From Lama glama (Eukaryota): DNA of 64,000 bases. The translations under genes and the position numbers were made by a program. The DNA is taken from the NCBI GenBank assembly GCA_028534125.1, contig CM052817.1, positions 5,396,001 to 5,460,000 of the forward strand, written 5' to 3'. Below the pieces are notes generated by a model. The model was not told the origin of the DNA, searched no databases, and saw only the letters and a program-made list of their open reading frames with translations. This document shows, in pieces, positions 52,830-64,000 of this stretch (position 1 is the stretch's first letter; the number at the start of each line of letters is the position of its first letter).

Positions 52830-53430
52830 CAGAGGGAGGCACCAGTGAGAATGGTACAGGGAGAGGTGAGAGATGGAGGTGGGGGCCTTGATCACCCAGG
52901 GCTTCAGCAGCTGTGTAAAGGTCTGGCTCTGAGTCTGTGTGTAGAGAGAAGCCCCTGGAGGTCTTTAAGCTGAGAGTTCACATTTTAAAACCTCTCCTGA
53001 CTGCGGTGTGGAGTTGGAGTGAGAAGAAAGTGGAGCCAAGTAGACTTGTTGGGAATCTACTGCAGGAGGCCGGATGCAGCCAGGTGAGGTGTCTCACCTG
53101 AGGGAGGCAGCGGTGGAGGCCAAGGTGGCCACGGGGAGAAGGGCCCAACCTCCGGCCGTACTCAGGAACTGAAGATTCCCAGCAGCTGGGACATGAGATG
53201 TGAGGGACAGAGAGCAGTCAGGGCTGACTTCTAGGTTCAGGCTTGAGCACCTGGGCGGACTGGGATGAGGAAGGCGGGAGAGAGACCAGGTTGGCAGCAG
53301 GGCTGGGAGGAGCGGGCCGGGAGCAGAATCAAAGCTCTGGTTACACAGGCGAGATCTGAGATGCCCGTTGGCTTTTCAGGTGAAAACAGTGAGTCTGCTG
53401 ACGTGAGCCTGGAGCTCAGGGCATAGCTCG
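52830..53430 (-). mobile_element. LINE-2 fragment
   Basis: Same motif series as 29430-30990 (cagggctgacttctagg, ggcttgagcacctggg, tgagcctggagctcaggg). Confidence 0.55.
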
Positions 53431-55906
53431 GGGCCAGAGGTGTGTGGGGGTCCTAGGAAATAATAGGCAGGCTAGAGGCACTGGCCGGAGGCGTCACCTA
53501 AGGGGAGCATGTTGGAGGCAGGGTGGGGGGCGGGAGAAGCCTCTGTGGCGCTGCCCCGTTCTGCAGGGCCTTGGACATTTCGTCTCTGTCCCCACCTCGA
53601 TGCTGGCGGGTAGATCCCGTTCCCCACACCCAGCTGATCCCTCCTAGGGGTCACGTATCTGCCCTTTCCTCCGTGCCTGCTGGAAGACGTCTCTTCCTGT
53701 CCGTGGACATTGTGCTTAGGTTATCTACGGTTAGCAGAAAGATTTATAAAACCTGGGCTGTTTGGTTATCCTTTTGCTTAGGTTTTCAGTTTTTTCATTT
53801 CGCTTTTGAAACGTGAGGTGTAACTTAGACAAAAAGACTTTAGGACTAAGGGGCAAAGTTCTAGGTGGAGGGCGGGTTCTTGCTTGTCATGCTCCTGTTT
53901 CCTGAAAGAGGCACTGGTCGTGTTGCTTTTTCATTTAATCAGCACAGTAGAGCGCCTCTGAGGTCACAGCTGACCTGTGCACATCCGACACTTAGGTCTT
54001 CCTCCATATTCTTGCTCAGCCAGGTGAGGTCTTTGTGGACCCATTTATAATCTGTTTCCTGACATTGGTTTCTGCGAAGACAGGTGTGGCTGTTTATACT
54101 TCCTGCACTTCTCAAGTGAGCCGTGGGTCCTGGCCTCGGAGAGCTCACAGTCGACAGGGAGGATGAGACTCCCGCCCCGGAGAAAGCGAGTGGTGTCGTC
54201 AGAGGGGGCACCCGTAGGAAGGACAGTCACTCAGAGGGTCAGGGGACTTCAGGAGGAGGTGGCCCTGAGAAACGAGTCTGGACCTGAAAACATGGAAGCT
54301 TAGAATGTTCCAGGCAGAGGGAACAGCATGAGTAAATGCTCAGAAGCCAGAGAGCCTGGGCGAGACATGGAATGTAGTCAGGAAAGAAAGGACTTCTGGG
54401 TCAGTAAAACTCACAGGCGAGGAGGGGTGGGCCTTAAAGGTGGGTGGGCCAGACCGTACAGGCGGCCTTGAGTGCAGGACCAGGGAGTCTGGGCCCGGGT
54501 CTCTTGACCCTGCGGCGTGCAGGAGGTCTGGGCGGAGCGCTGGTGTGGGAGCGCGCGCTGCAGGCTGATCCTTACGGCTGCAGGTCAGGATGGCTCCAGG
54601 TCAGGATGGTTCCAGATGGCGAGTGAGCACGTGTTCTCTTAACAAGCTTTCCGTTCTAGCTCAGAGCTCGTTTGTGCTTGCTTCCGATGTGGTGTTTCTG
54701 TATTGCTAATTTGGTGTTCTTGGCCTTGAAAAACATAAAAGTGAAGACTTGAGGTGGATACCATAATGAGGTCAAGTAGGAGACAGAGGGCTGGGAGGAG
54801 GTGAGTGACAAGTGCAGATGTTCCTACCTGAAGAAGATTGTCAGGAAAGCACCTCATCAGCCTCTAAAGATGCTTTCAGCCTGTCTTTTATAAATACGTC
54901 TTTCATATCAAAATTATGTATGACATTTATATGTGCTGTATTTATTATATCTAAATTATATATAAATGTGTCTTTTATAAATATGACAGTTCTGGCAAAA
55001 ACAGCCATCTTTTAAAAACTTGCACAAAGTCGTGGGATGACACGGAGTGTTTCTGTGATGATGTATCCAGAGTAATGACCATCCCTGGAGCACAGGGCCT
55101 GCCTAGCCTGCTTTCTCTGAACTGGCGCTGTCGTTACGTTCTTTTCCCTTATACATCTCAAAACAAAAACTCTGGACTTTTGTGCATCTCATGGAGCTGA
55201 GAGCAACTGTGGGGAATGTACTGAGTTTGAGGAAGAGAGGGAAAAGGAGTCGTGTTTGCCTTTGAGTGCTTGGCAAGTCACTGACAAGCCCAGAGGCACT
55301 GTTGAGACACCAGACACAAAGTCACCTGTAGAAGGAGCAGCCCCCTGCCTTCCACCCACCCCCTGCTCCCAGCCCCCCGGCGATGAGCCGCGCGGGCCTC
55401 TCTAACACAGCCCGGGGCGGCGCAGCCCCTTCCGGGTCCAGCCTGTGTTTATGTGCTCATGGTCAAAGAGTTCCTAGGTTAAAATGCTCACTCCCCGCCA
55501 GTCAGCAGTCCGTGCCCAGGTTCCTGTCCTGGACTGCACCAGAACGCTCCCAGCATGGACCAGCGTGCGGACCTTTGTACTAGCAGAAGATCCAAAACAA
55601 CCAAGGGCTTATCAGTGGAGTTAGGTTACATAAAGAGTTCCTTTCAGTGGGATGTTGTGCCTCAATTTAAAAGAATGAGGTAGACTTATGTGGGGTGACG
55701 TAGGATAATCACCAGGATGCACTGTTAAGTTAGAAGAAGCAAGTTTTAGAATGTTACCGTTGATATCTTTGTGAAAAGCACACTACCACACACACAAAAC
55801 TACGTCATTTCTAGGCCGAGGTTGGGGGTGGGTGGAGGATTGTCCATTTGGTTTGTGACCTTTGCTGAGGTCATGGCAATACTGAAACCGCATAGGCCCT
55901 CTACCC

Positions 55907-55950
55907 TGCACGCATGTGCATGCGTGCGCGCACACGCGCGCACACACACG
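55907..55950. repeat. 44-nt uninterrupted alternating purine-pyrimidine tract
   Basis: tgcacgcatgtgcatgcgtgcgcgcacacgcgcgcacacacacg. Confidence 0.9.
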
Positions 55951-56124
55951 GGTCTAAACATTGTAAGGAATTGTGCTGCGGTGCCTGAATGTTAACCAAC
56001 AGTGATGGACAAAGCTTTGTGATTCCATTACATCTCATGTTTCTAAATATGCCTGCATCCTAAGCCAACATTCTAAAGTGAATATTTTGCCTTCTGTCTG
56101 TTTTCAATTTTTTTTTTTAAACAG

Positions 56125-56213
56125 AAAAAATTCCGGCTGAAGCACAGCCTGAATTGGGAACCTGGGGAGATGGCAAAGGCGAAGATGAATTATCCCCAGA
56201 AGAAATACAAATG
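56125..56213 (+). CDS. STX18: Syntaxin-18 coding exon 7 (EKIPAEAQPELGTWGDGKGEDELSPEEIQM)
   Basis: Acceptor T-run-aaacag|AA, donor ATG|gtaatg. 89 nt. Confidence 0.95.
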
Positions 56214-59200
56214 GTAATGCTTCTCTCTGCCTAGTCATGTATTTTTAACTAGTTTCAGTAAGAACAGTTCATTGAGTAAGAGGCCATCCTAAATGCCCTT
56301 GCCGTAACTTCTATACGGAGTCTTAAAAGTTATAAATAAGTATTTTAGGTACAATTATCCACTTGATTTCCTAATTCTTAGTATGCTTTTCATACATTTT
56401 AAATTTGCAGTAGCATAATTAAAGAAGAAATTGCCTTGGAATAATTTTACTAATATTAGATGTCTTTTCAGCAGCAGTAAAACAGTCTTCTGTTCTAATT
56501 GGGTCTTTTATAATTGCTTCTGTGGTGCTTTTTAATTGTTTGAACCTCTGGTGTGTGGTAATGTGAAGAAGGCGTAAGTAATGACTGAAAAATGAAAAGA
56601 GTAACCACCTTAACTGCCAATATCACCTTCTTTTAGTTACCTCTCCCTTGGTTGCCAATTTTCGTGTATCATCTCTGGGTGAATTTCAAAAGAAAAGTGA
56701 CCAATTTGGCCAGACCCCTGCGCATTTCTTTCCGGCAGGGTCCGTGTACAGCTCAGAGCTGGCCTGGCCGAGCTCTGTGTGTTTTCTGCTCAGCACTGCT
56801 TCACAAACATTTGTTCACCAGATGAGCAGTTTCCCCTTAAGATCATCACTTTAAGAGCGTGAAGCTGATCCCAGGGACGATGCTGTTGGCTATGACTTGG
56901 GGCTTGCTTTGGGGGGCGCTCCCTCAGAGCCTCTAGGACTACCTTTGGAACGAGAAGCAGAGCTGTCTGTTCCTTGATAGACAAACACAATTCTGAGCTC
57001 AGGAATAGCTCAGACACCGTAAAGCAGCCTGCCAGGCTCCTGCCTTCCTCCCCAGCTTCTTTCGTGGCCCAGAATGCACCCCTGCCTTGGAGCACGTGCT
57101 CAGCGCTCACCAGCCCAGCAGGTGTGTGACCCGGAGCCCCGTGCTGTAGAGGGTGCGGAGGAGGACGGCAGTACGACCCCAGCCAGCCAGTGTCACAGCC
57201 CAGTCCAGCTCAGAGAGAATGAACAGGGCGTTGGCCAGGGAGCAGGAGTGAGGACAGAGAGGAGAGAGATGCTGGGGGAGTGGACTGGACTTGGTGATCG
57301 TTGAGGGCAGTAGGGCGTGTGAGGAAGTGAGGGGAGGGGAAAGAAGCTGGGTGGGGCTTTCTAACTTGTGAAAACAGAACAACGGCGGTCAGGGGAGGGC
57401 TGGGCAGGCGATGGTCCTCCCATCAGGGACAGGTGTGAGGTGCGGGGCCTGGGGGACATCTGTGGGAGATGCCTGGTGGGCAGTGGGATCCCAGGCTTGA
57501 GTCTCAGGCTAGAGACGTGACTGTGGGAGACATCTCACTGCAGGTGTTGGAAACAGCGTGTACCAGGGAGAGAAAGGCAAAGGACGTCCCCAGGGGGACA
57601 CAATGCTGGAGGGCAGGCCAAGGCGGAGAAGCCAACAGACTGAAGAACAGTTTGACCATGCTCCATTAGAGCCAAGTCATGGCCAAATCTCATAGTTTTC
57701 CTTCAATTTATACAAAGTAACTTTATGAATGTAGTCACATGACCACAGATCTTTGCTAGAGATAAAAACATGTGAAGCACTGTCTCTTCAGTAAGAAAGA
57801 ATGCATTTGTATTTAGGCAGAACTTAGCTTCTGTTTAGAGCTTTTTAAAAATACACTGCACCACTTGAGAAAGGAAGCAGCTACAAGAACAGCAGCCTCC
57901 GTTGCTCGCCAGGGAGCCGCCTGGCCCCTGCAGGCGGGGGTGGGCAGCAGCAGCTTGTGCACGTCGCAGCCGTGCGCTTGGAAGCTGCTGGGTGCGTGGG
58001 GGCTGCATGGGGAGGCCAGCGGGAAGGAGATCTCATCAGCTGCTGCTCGGCCCCGGGAGAGATGGTGCAAGAGCATGGGCTCTGGGACTTGACAGAGTTG
58101 GATTTGAATCCTCTTTACATCACTTCCTGTCTGTGTAATTTGGGGGCGGGAAAATGAGCCCCACTGAACTTCAGTTTGGTAAGACTCACCCACCCACCAT
58201 GGGCTGCCGGGAACGCGGTCATGTACGTACGAGCGCCCAGCAGAGCGCAGGGCCCACGGCAGCTGCTTGGTTAACGGCTCCTCAGAGCAGAACAGGGCTG
58301 CTGTGCCCGCGCGGAACTGCGTTCGCTGTGTGTGTTTGGAATGTGATTTAGCTGATGCCCATGAAGAACATGTGTTTGAAGGCTCTTTTCTCCGTAATGA
58401 CTGTGGCTGCCCTAAGCCTCCATTTCATCGTACTGTCCTAACTGGAGCACCACCTGAAAACACGCCAGTGACCACTCCAAATAATGTGAGCTAGTTTGGT
58501 GTCACAATATCAGTGACTAAAGCAGTCAGAATCAGCAGGACCTCCCTAATTTATATTGGGTTACTGCAAGTGGACTGGGCAGAAGGCTGTATTGTTCAGT
58601 ACTTTTATGACAAGCAAATTAATGTTCAGGTAACTTCTTTCTTAATTGGGACTAATAAATAAGTCCCATATCTTACAGTCTGACTAACCCAAATCTTATT
58701 TAAAAGGCTCAATCCTGAAATTGAAGAGAGAGAAATGCCACACCATTGGTTTTAAATTGGGAAGTATTATAGCAAATTGTGGTCCTAATTCATAATCACA
58801 GCTTTGGAATTTTTCCTCAGGGTAAAATAATGAACTAAGCCCTATAATAGCAATTTAATTCATTATTTCACCCAAAGGAGCAGTTGTTACACTTTCCAAA
58901 ATGGCTACAGAGTAGTATATAATCTGCACAGTACATTTCCACTCATCCCTGTTGATACAGGTGTATCCATGCCTTTGAGTTAATATAAGCAGATGTTTTG
59001 TGGTCAGGCTGAGTGCAACCGAATGGTTTGTGATGTTATGCAGAGAAAATACCTCCTTTCTGAGCCCACGTTCATATTACTTACCTCAGTGAAGTCAGTG
59101 CACTTACTGATGTATTCCTTGGGATAATTTTTAAAGACTTGAATGTGACTTCTGTTCTTTAATTAGCATGAAAAGTGTCCTTAACCCTTGTCCCCTGAGG

Positions 59201-60419
59201 TTGGCCCCTGGAAGCACCAGGTGGCTGGTTGGCAGGGCTTATGGTCTGTGGCCAAGCGTAGCTTACTCATTGAAAACAGAAGAATTGTTGATAGGATTTG
59301 AGCACCACCCGGGTGAAAGCTGGGGAGGGTCACAGGGCACAGCTGGGGTCAGGTGAGGGTCACAGGGCCAACGGTGTGAAGGTGTTTGGCACAGATAAGG
59401 CGTGTCCGGAAGAGCCCAGGGGGTTGGGCGGTGGGCTCCTGAGCCAAGGGTGTGGGCTGGTTTCTCAGCTGAGCCCCCTGTGGGTTCAGGCCCCTGTGGG
59501 CATAGTCTTGATTCAGTGAACTGCTCTCAGGTCTTTGCAGACACTTCTCCTGGCCTCACTTTAACTCAAAGGCCTTTGTAGGAGTGACTTTCTTTTTAAA
59601 ACTATAGTGAAGAGGATTAGATTAGAACAGGATTTCTGTAACAGTGTATTCACAGTGTGGAGCTGTATCCTTTAAACAAGATTATAAACCCTTCTGGGGG
59701 GCCCTGTTGGAAAGTCTGACTGACTTCAAATGGAATAAGGCAGTTAAGTCATATCGCCTAACACGCATGTAACACTGTGCGCCCAGTGCCGCTCTGAGCA
59801 CTTGAGCATTTATTAATTTATGCTGCCTCACTGTGGTTGGGACTGTGGCTGGCCCCATTTTACAGAAGACGCCCAAGTCCTGGACTCTCAACCATGATGC
59901 CTACCACTCTTGTCGGGGGGTGGGAGGGTTGCTGTGGGCATCGGTCTGCACTGAGGGAGAACACTGAATTTTGGTGTGAAACCCAAACAGTGTAGAGTGA
60001 AACGGGCCACGGATGGAGCCCAGCAGGATAGGCAGCTGCTGTCCTGCTTGTCAGGCCCTAGCTGCCCGCCTTCCCCATCATCCAGGCCCCTTGTCCCCCT
60101 TTCAGTGACGCAGAGATGAAGACGGCAGGTTTGTCTTCCCTGGGCCTCGGGTAGCCCTGTCCTTGGTGCTGATCTTGGAGACCTGGCCACAGTCAGCACT
60201 GCTCCAGGGAAGGCCCCTGCCTGTGTGAGCTGCTAGCGAGCCCCAGGGGGCGCTGTGTGCACGTTTCTCATGCTTTGAGAGTGAAGTGACCAGGAGTCTC
60301 AGTGGCCCACTAGAATTTGGAGCCAGGGTGGGGAAAGAGGCCTTCAAAGCATTTAATGACTATTTTGAATCCAGAATCTAAGTCCCAAAGAGACTAACAA
60401 GCAGCTTACATGTGTTTGT

Positions 60420-60535
60420 ATATGTCTTCCTCCTCACAACTCTATTAAGTACTACAGTTATTCTCAGTTTACTGATGAAGACAGAGGCACAGAGAGGTTA
60501 AGTTATCTGCCCAAGCGCATACAGCTTAGCAGATA
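60420..60535 (-). mobile_element. MIR SINE
   Basis: gatgaagacagaggcacagagaggttaagttatctgcccaag. Confidence 0.7.
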
Positions 60536-60648
60536 AAGGAGCTGTCGCTTCCCACCTTCAGGAGCAGGCAGGAAAGGATGAGAATCACCAACCACATCTG
60601 TTCACAAGGAGAAACTGACAGGCCACACAGAAGGCTCATGACTGGTCC

Positions 60649-61102
60649 TGTTGGGGTCGAGAGGTTCTTGTCTTGTCACAGAAGGAATTCAGAGACAAGA
60701 AGCAGGGGTTAAGAAAACAAAGCAAGGATTTATTAAGAGAGAGGTAGTATGCTCTCAAGGAAAGAGCAGGCAGACCCAGGTGGGTGGCTGCCTTGGCAAG
60801 CATGTTATGTGAGTGTAAAAATGAATGGCCTGAAGCCTGGTGCAAGTGAGTGTGGTCAGCAACCTGGCCACTACCTGGTCTCCCTGAGCCCTGCCAGATC
60901 TCACTGAATGGCTGTGGGAAACCAGTTCTGTTGTTTTTTTAGGTGCAGTTTCATTGTAACTGCAGCCCCCTAAACGGAGGCTGCTCTCCATGAAGCCGGC
61001 TGGCCGTTGGCAAACCTCTCACCCAAATCACAGTTAGACCCCTGAGGCGTTTGTTTCTCTCACTTCCTCTGGGAACTAGGTATTTCTCAGGTGGCATCAA
61101 CA
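60649..61102 (-). mobile_element. Probable solo ERV LTR
   Basis: Terminal inverted pentamers TGTTG...CAACA and a minus-strand AATAAA (tttatt, 60729-60734) close to the minus-strand 3' end. No clean TSD, family unknown. Confidence 0.6.
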
Positions 61103-63462
61103 AGCCGTGGGCTGGGAGGAAATCAGAGCCAGAATCTGACCGACTCCTGACCTCCTGACCGCGGCTAACAGGAGCCCTTCAGAAGTAACAATTCCCAAGA
61201 GCCCTAAAAGGAAACCACGTGCCCCTCAGTCGGGGAGCAAACAAAGGAAGTTTTGTTCCTAAGGAACGTTCAGTAACAAACTACTTCAAACCCCTAGTTA
61301 GTTTTGTTTAGGAACAGTTTAAAAGCATTAAAGGACTGTAGACTTAAGAGGGTAGAGCCATATTTTGTCATTAGAAAAATTCAAAGAAAATGCCCTCTGC
61401 CTAAATAAATAAATAACCCTGAGTAAAGTACATGCGAGAATTAGTCAAATTAGCACCTACATGCTGAGGTAATTGTATTTCGTCTTAAATACTGGACTCT
61501 AAGGTAACTGTTGACAGCTGATACTTTAAAAAGTGCAACTTTTATTCTCTTAAATAGCCTTTTTGATGCAGATTTGAAGAGCCATCGCAGGACCTTGCCA
61601 CCAGCCAGCAAGCTTGCTGGTAGTTGGGGCTCCCTGCAGGGGGCTGCTTCTGGAAGCTTTGCAAACCTGCCGGTCCTCTGACCCAGTGGGTTTGGGGTGG
61701 AGCAGAAGACTCTGTGTCTTGATGAACAGTGCCCTGCAGTATTTCAGGACCTGCACTGGGCTTGGTGTCCAGAGGAGAGAGCCGGCCCCGCCCCAGGAGG
61801 AGAGACAGGCCCCTAAACAAGTGTGGGGGTGTAGTGATGTGGGCAAGTGCAGAGGAGCCTTTTAAAGAGAGAGGGGCTGAGAGAACATGGCTAAACCTGC
61901 CCTGCTGTGTCTGAGGACAAAGAAGGCACCTGGGCTGGATCTCTTGGGACCAGTCGGAGTTCCTCAGCCAGTGGGTAAATCCACCATAGACTGAGAGCTG
62001 GCCTGGGCAGAGGGAGGTGGGGGATGATGAAGGCAGAACTTAAAGACGGTGGGGAAGGAACGAAGGGGCTGGAGGGTGGAGAGGACTGTTAGTGTTAAGG
62101 AGCTCTGCCTAGGGGAAGTGAGGCCTCCCCAGGTGTGTCCGGGGAGTGGGAGTGGGCCAGAGGTGAGGGGTGCGGGATGCAGGGATGGGTGGAGAGGGGT
62201 AGCAAAGGGCGCTGCAAGGGCAGAGGTGAGAGGACACAGCTCCCCTCCCTGGTGAAACGAGCCTCTGTGTGCGGAGAGCCTGGCACGCCCTGGTGGTCTT
62301 TCTGAGTTCTCTAACCATCATCATCTCCCTCCATTGTTGCTTCACTAAGCAAATGATAACCAGGTCTTCAGTTGGACTGGGAGCCTCTGGAGAGCAAGAG
62401 CTCCCTTCTCTTCATTCCTTACTTGGTGCCCAGCACAGAGAGTGCCTCAGAGGATGTGTAGGTTTGACCACAGCTTGAATAGATGTCAAAAAAAGAACAT
62501 GTGTGTGGCTTTTTCAAATGTGTGTGGGTTCAATACGTTTCCCACCCACAATCACAGAAAGTTTGGGACACACACAACTTAGTAGATGGCAGAAAATGGT
62601 TAACGTTCTAAGGGGCTTTCAGAAGACGCTAGGCCAGGGTTAGAAAGCAGAGAAGTACCTCTGAGCTCCAAGGCCTAGGACAGTATCTCTGAGAAGGTGA
62701 CCTGTGAGCTGGGGACGTGTGGGACAGGTTGGGGAGGAGATGGAAGAGTGGGCACATGTAGACAGAACTGCCCTCATGGACCACACGGTGAGAAGCTCTT
62801 CTGGGCCCCACACAACGGTGACACTTGCGATGCGCCATCCCTGCGCCTGGCCAGTATCGAGCGGGCAAGGACGGTCAGGGTGGTGCCCTTGCCCAGACTG
62901 AGCCCCGAGGCCTGGTGCCAGTCCGAGCACTGGGAATACCGCTCCTCCGGCTACCGGGCCTCCGTCCCTGTCGTGGTGGATTAGCAAAGGCAGGGCCCTG
63001 AAGTCAGACCGCATGCCAGTACAGTCCTGCCCCTGCCCAGCTCTCGGCACAGCCAGGTGCCCTCCTGCTCTATTTAAACACGAAGGCAGCAGAGGCAGAA
63101 AACAAAGGCTGGTAGAGGCCAGAGAGAGGGGGGCAGGCAGGGAGCACGGCTGAGGCCACCCCGCACACCTCTGCACTCTGGTCACAGTCATCAGGCCGGC
63201 CTGCAGCTCAGAGGAGTGAGGCGGAGCAGTCCGGCCACAGGCAGCCCTGCTGCTCTGCGGGGCTCTGTGTGCTCCCTAAAGCCTGGGTACTCTCACGCTG
63301 ACACTCAGTGTCTTGGAAAGAGGGACTTGGTGGTTGATTGTTGGAGGGCAGATCAAAGGTTTCCAGACAGACACGCCTTGCTAGACACTAGCCTTTGGCT
63401 GTGTTGCTTTTGAGAGCCAAGTTCAGTATGATGTCATCCTTAATGTATTTGTTTCCTTACAG

Positions 63463-63521
63463 TTTGAACAAGAAAATCAGCGCCTAATTGGTGAAATGAA
63501 CAGCCTGTTTGATGAAGTGAG
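63463..63521 (+). CDS. STX18: Syntaxin-18 coding exon 8 (FEQENQRLIGEMNSLFDEV-R), leading into the SNARE motif
   Basis: Acceptor tttgtttccttacag|T, donor AG|gtacgc. 59 nt. The remaining SNARE and transmembrane exons lie beyond the window. Confidence 0.95.
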
Positions 63522-64000
63522 GTACGCACGTGGTTGCTTTGTGAGCTGATGGCCCGGTTTACAACTTCCCCAGAAACTAGGAACTTCATTCATTTACTTC
63601 AGTGCCCAGGCATCCACATGTGGCCCTTGGGAGCCGTTTCGGGGGTCAAGAAGACGGCCCGATTTCACTGACTCCCCTCAACTTGTGGGCCAGTGAGGTA
63701 GCCCCCCGCAGGCTGCCACGAGGCTCCCGGGTGCTGCCGCCCCATCCCAGGGGCTCGGTCAGTGACAGCAGACTACACCACCTGTGATCACCGCCACGTG
63801 GGCGTGGTTTACATTTAACTCCTCTGAGATGAAAGGGGACCTCTAACCTGCTGAGCGGTAACAAAATTGGGTCATCGACATAGTCTGACGTTTTCTTTTG
63901 AATCCCCACCCCATGTCACTGTGGTTGCAGGGACAGAGCTCAGCGTTAGAGGAGGGTTTGCAGCAGGGGCCCCTCAGGTCAGCTTATGCAAGGGGGGAGG

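Noticed and set aside
62640..63191. 183-aa minus-strand ORF
   Set aside because: Non-ATG start, GC-rich, no recognisable domain or supporting gene structure.
1..64000. CRISPR arrays, operons, rRNA or snoRNA genes
   Set aside because: The sequence is mammalian intronic DNA. I saw no regularly spaced repeats or recognisable structured RNA gene; an Rfam/Infernal scan would be needed to exclude small ncRNAs.

Overview
Mammalian genomic DNA, very probably a camelid, judged from two tRNA-Ala-derived SINEs that resemble the vic-1 family. The window lies entirely inside the syntaxin-18 gene (STX18, ER Qa-SNARE) on the + strand. It holds the 3' part of intron 1 (1-24599), coding exons 2-8 (68, 116, 78, 67, 116, 89 and 59 nt, all GT-AG, phases joining into one open frame from ISHIGKLRDF to MNSLFDEV) and the start of intron 8. 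The remainder is intronic: a 5'-truncated young L1, older L1/L2/MIR fragments, solo LTRs, MER58 DNA transposons and simple repeats. Apart from exon-overlapping and L1/L2-derived frames, the ORF track appears to be noise. I found no prokaryote-style novel system. The most interesting signals are (i) a divergent set of CTCF motifs that could be a domain boundary between the MSX1 side and the NSG1 side, (ii) a ~100-bp-arm inverted repeat built from L2 sequence that would fold in the pre-mRNA, (iii) a SOX+octamer enhancer candidate, and (iv) several unusual splice features: a weak U12-like donor on short intron 4, a micro-exon-like cassette 38 nt before exon 6, a U12 donor inside intron 7, and a poison-exon candidate in intron 1. 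Gene and repeat-family names are from recalled sequences, not database searches, and repeat boundaries are approximate.
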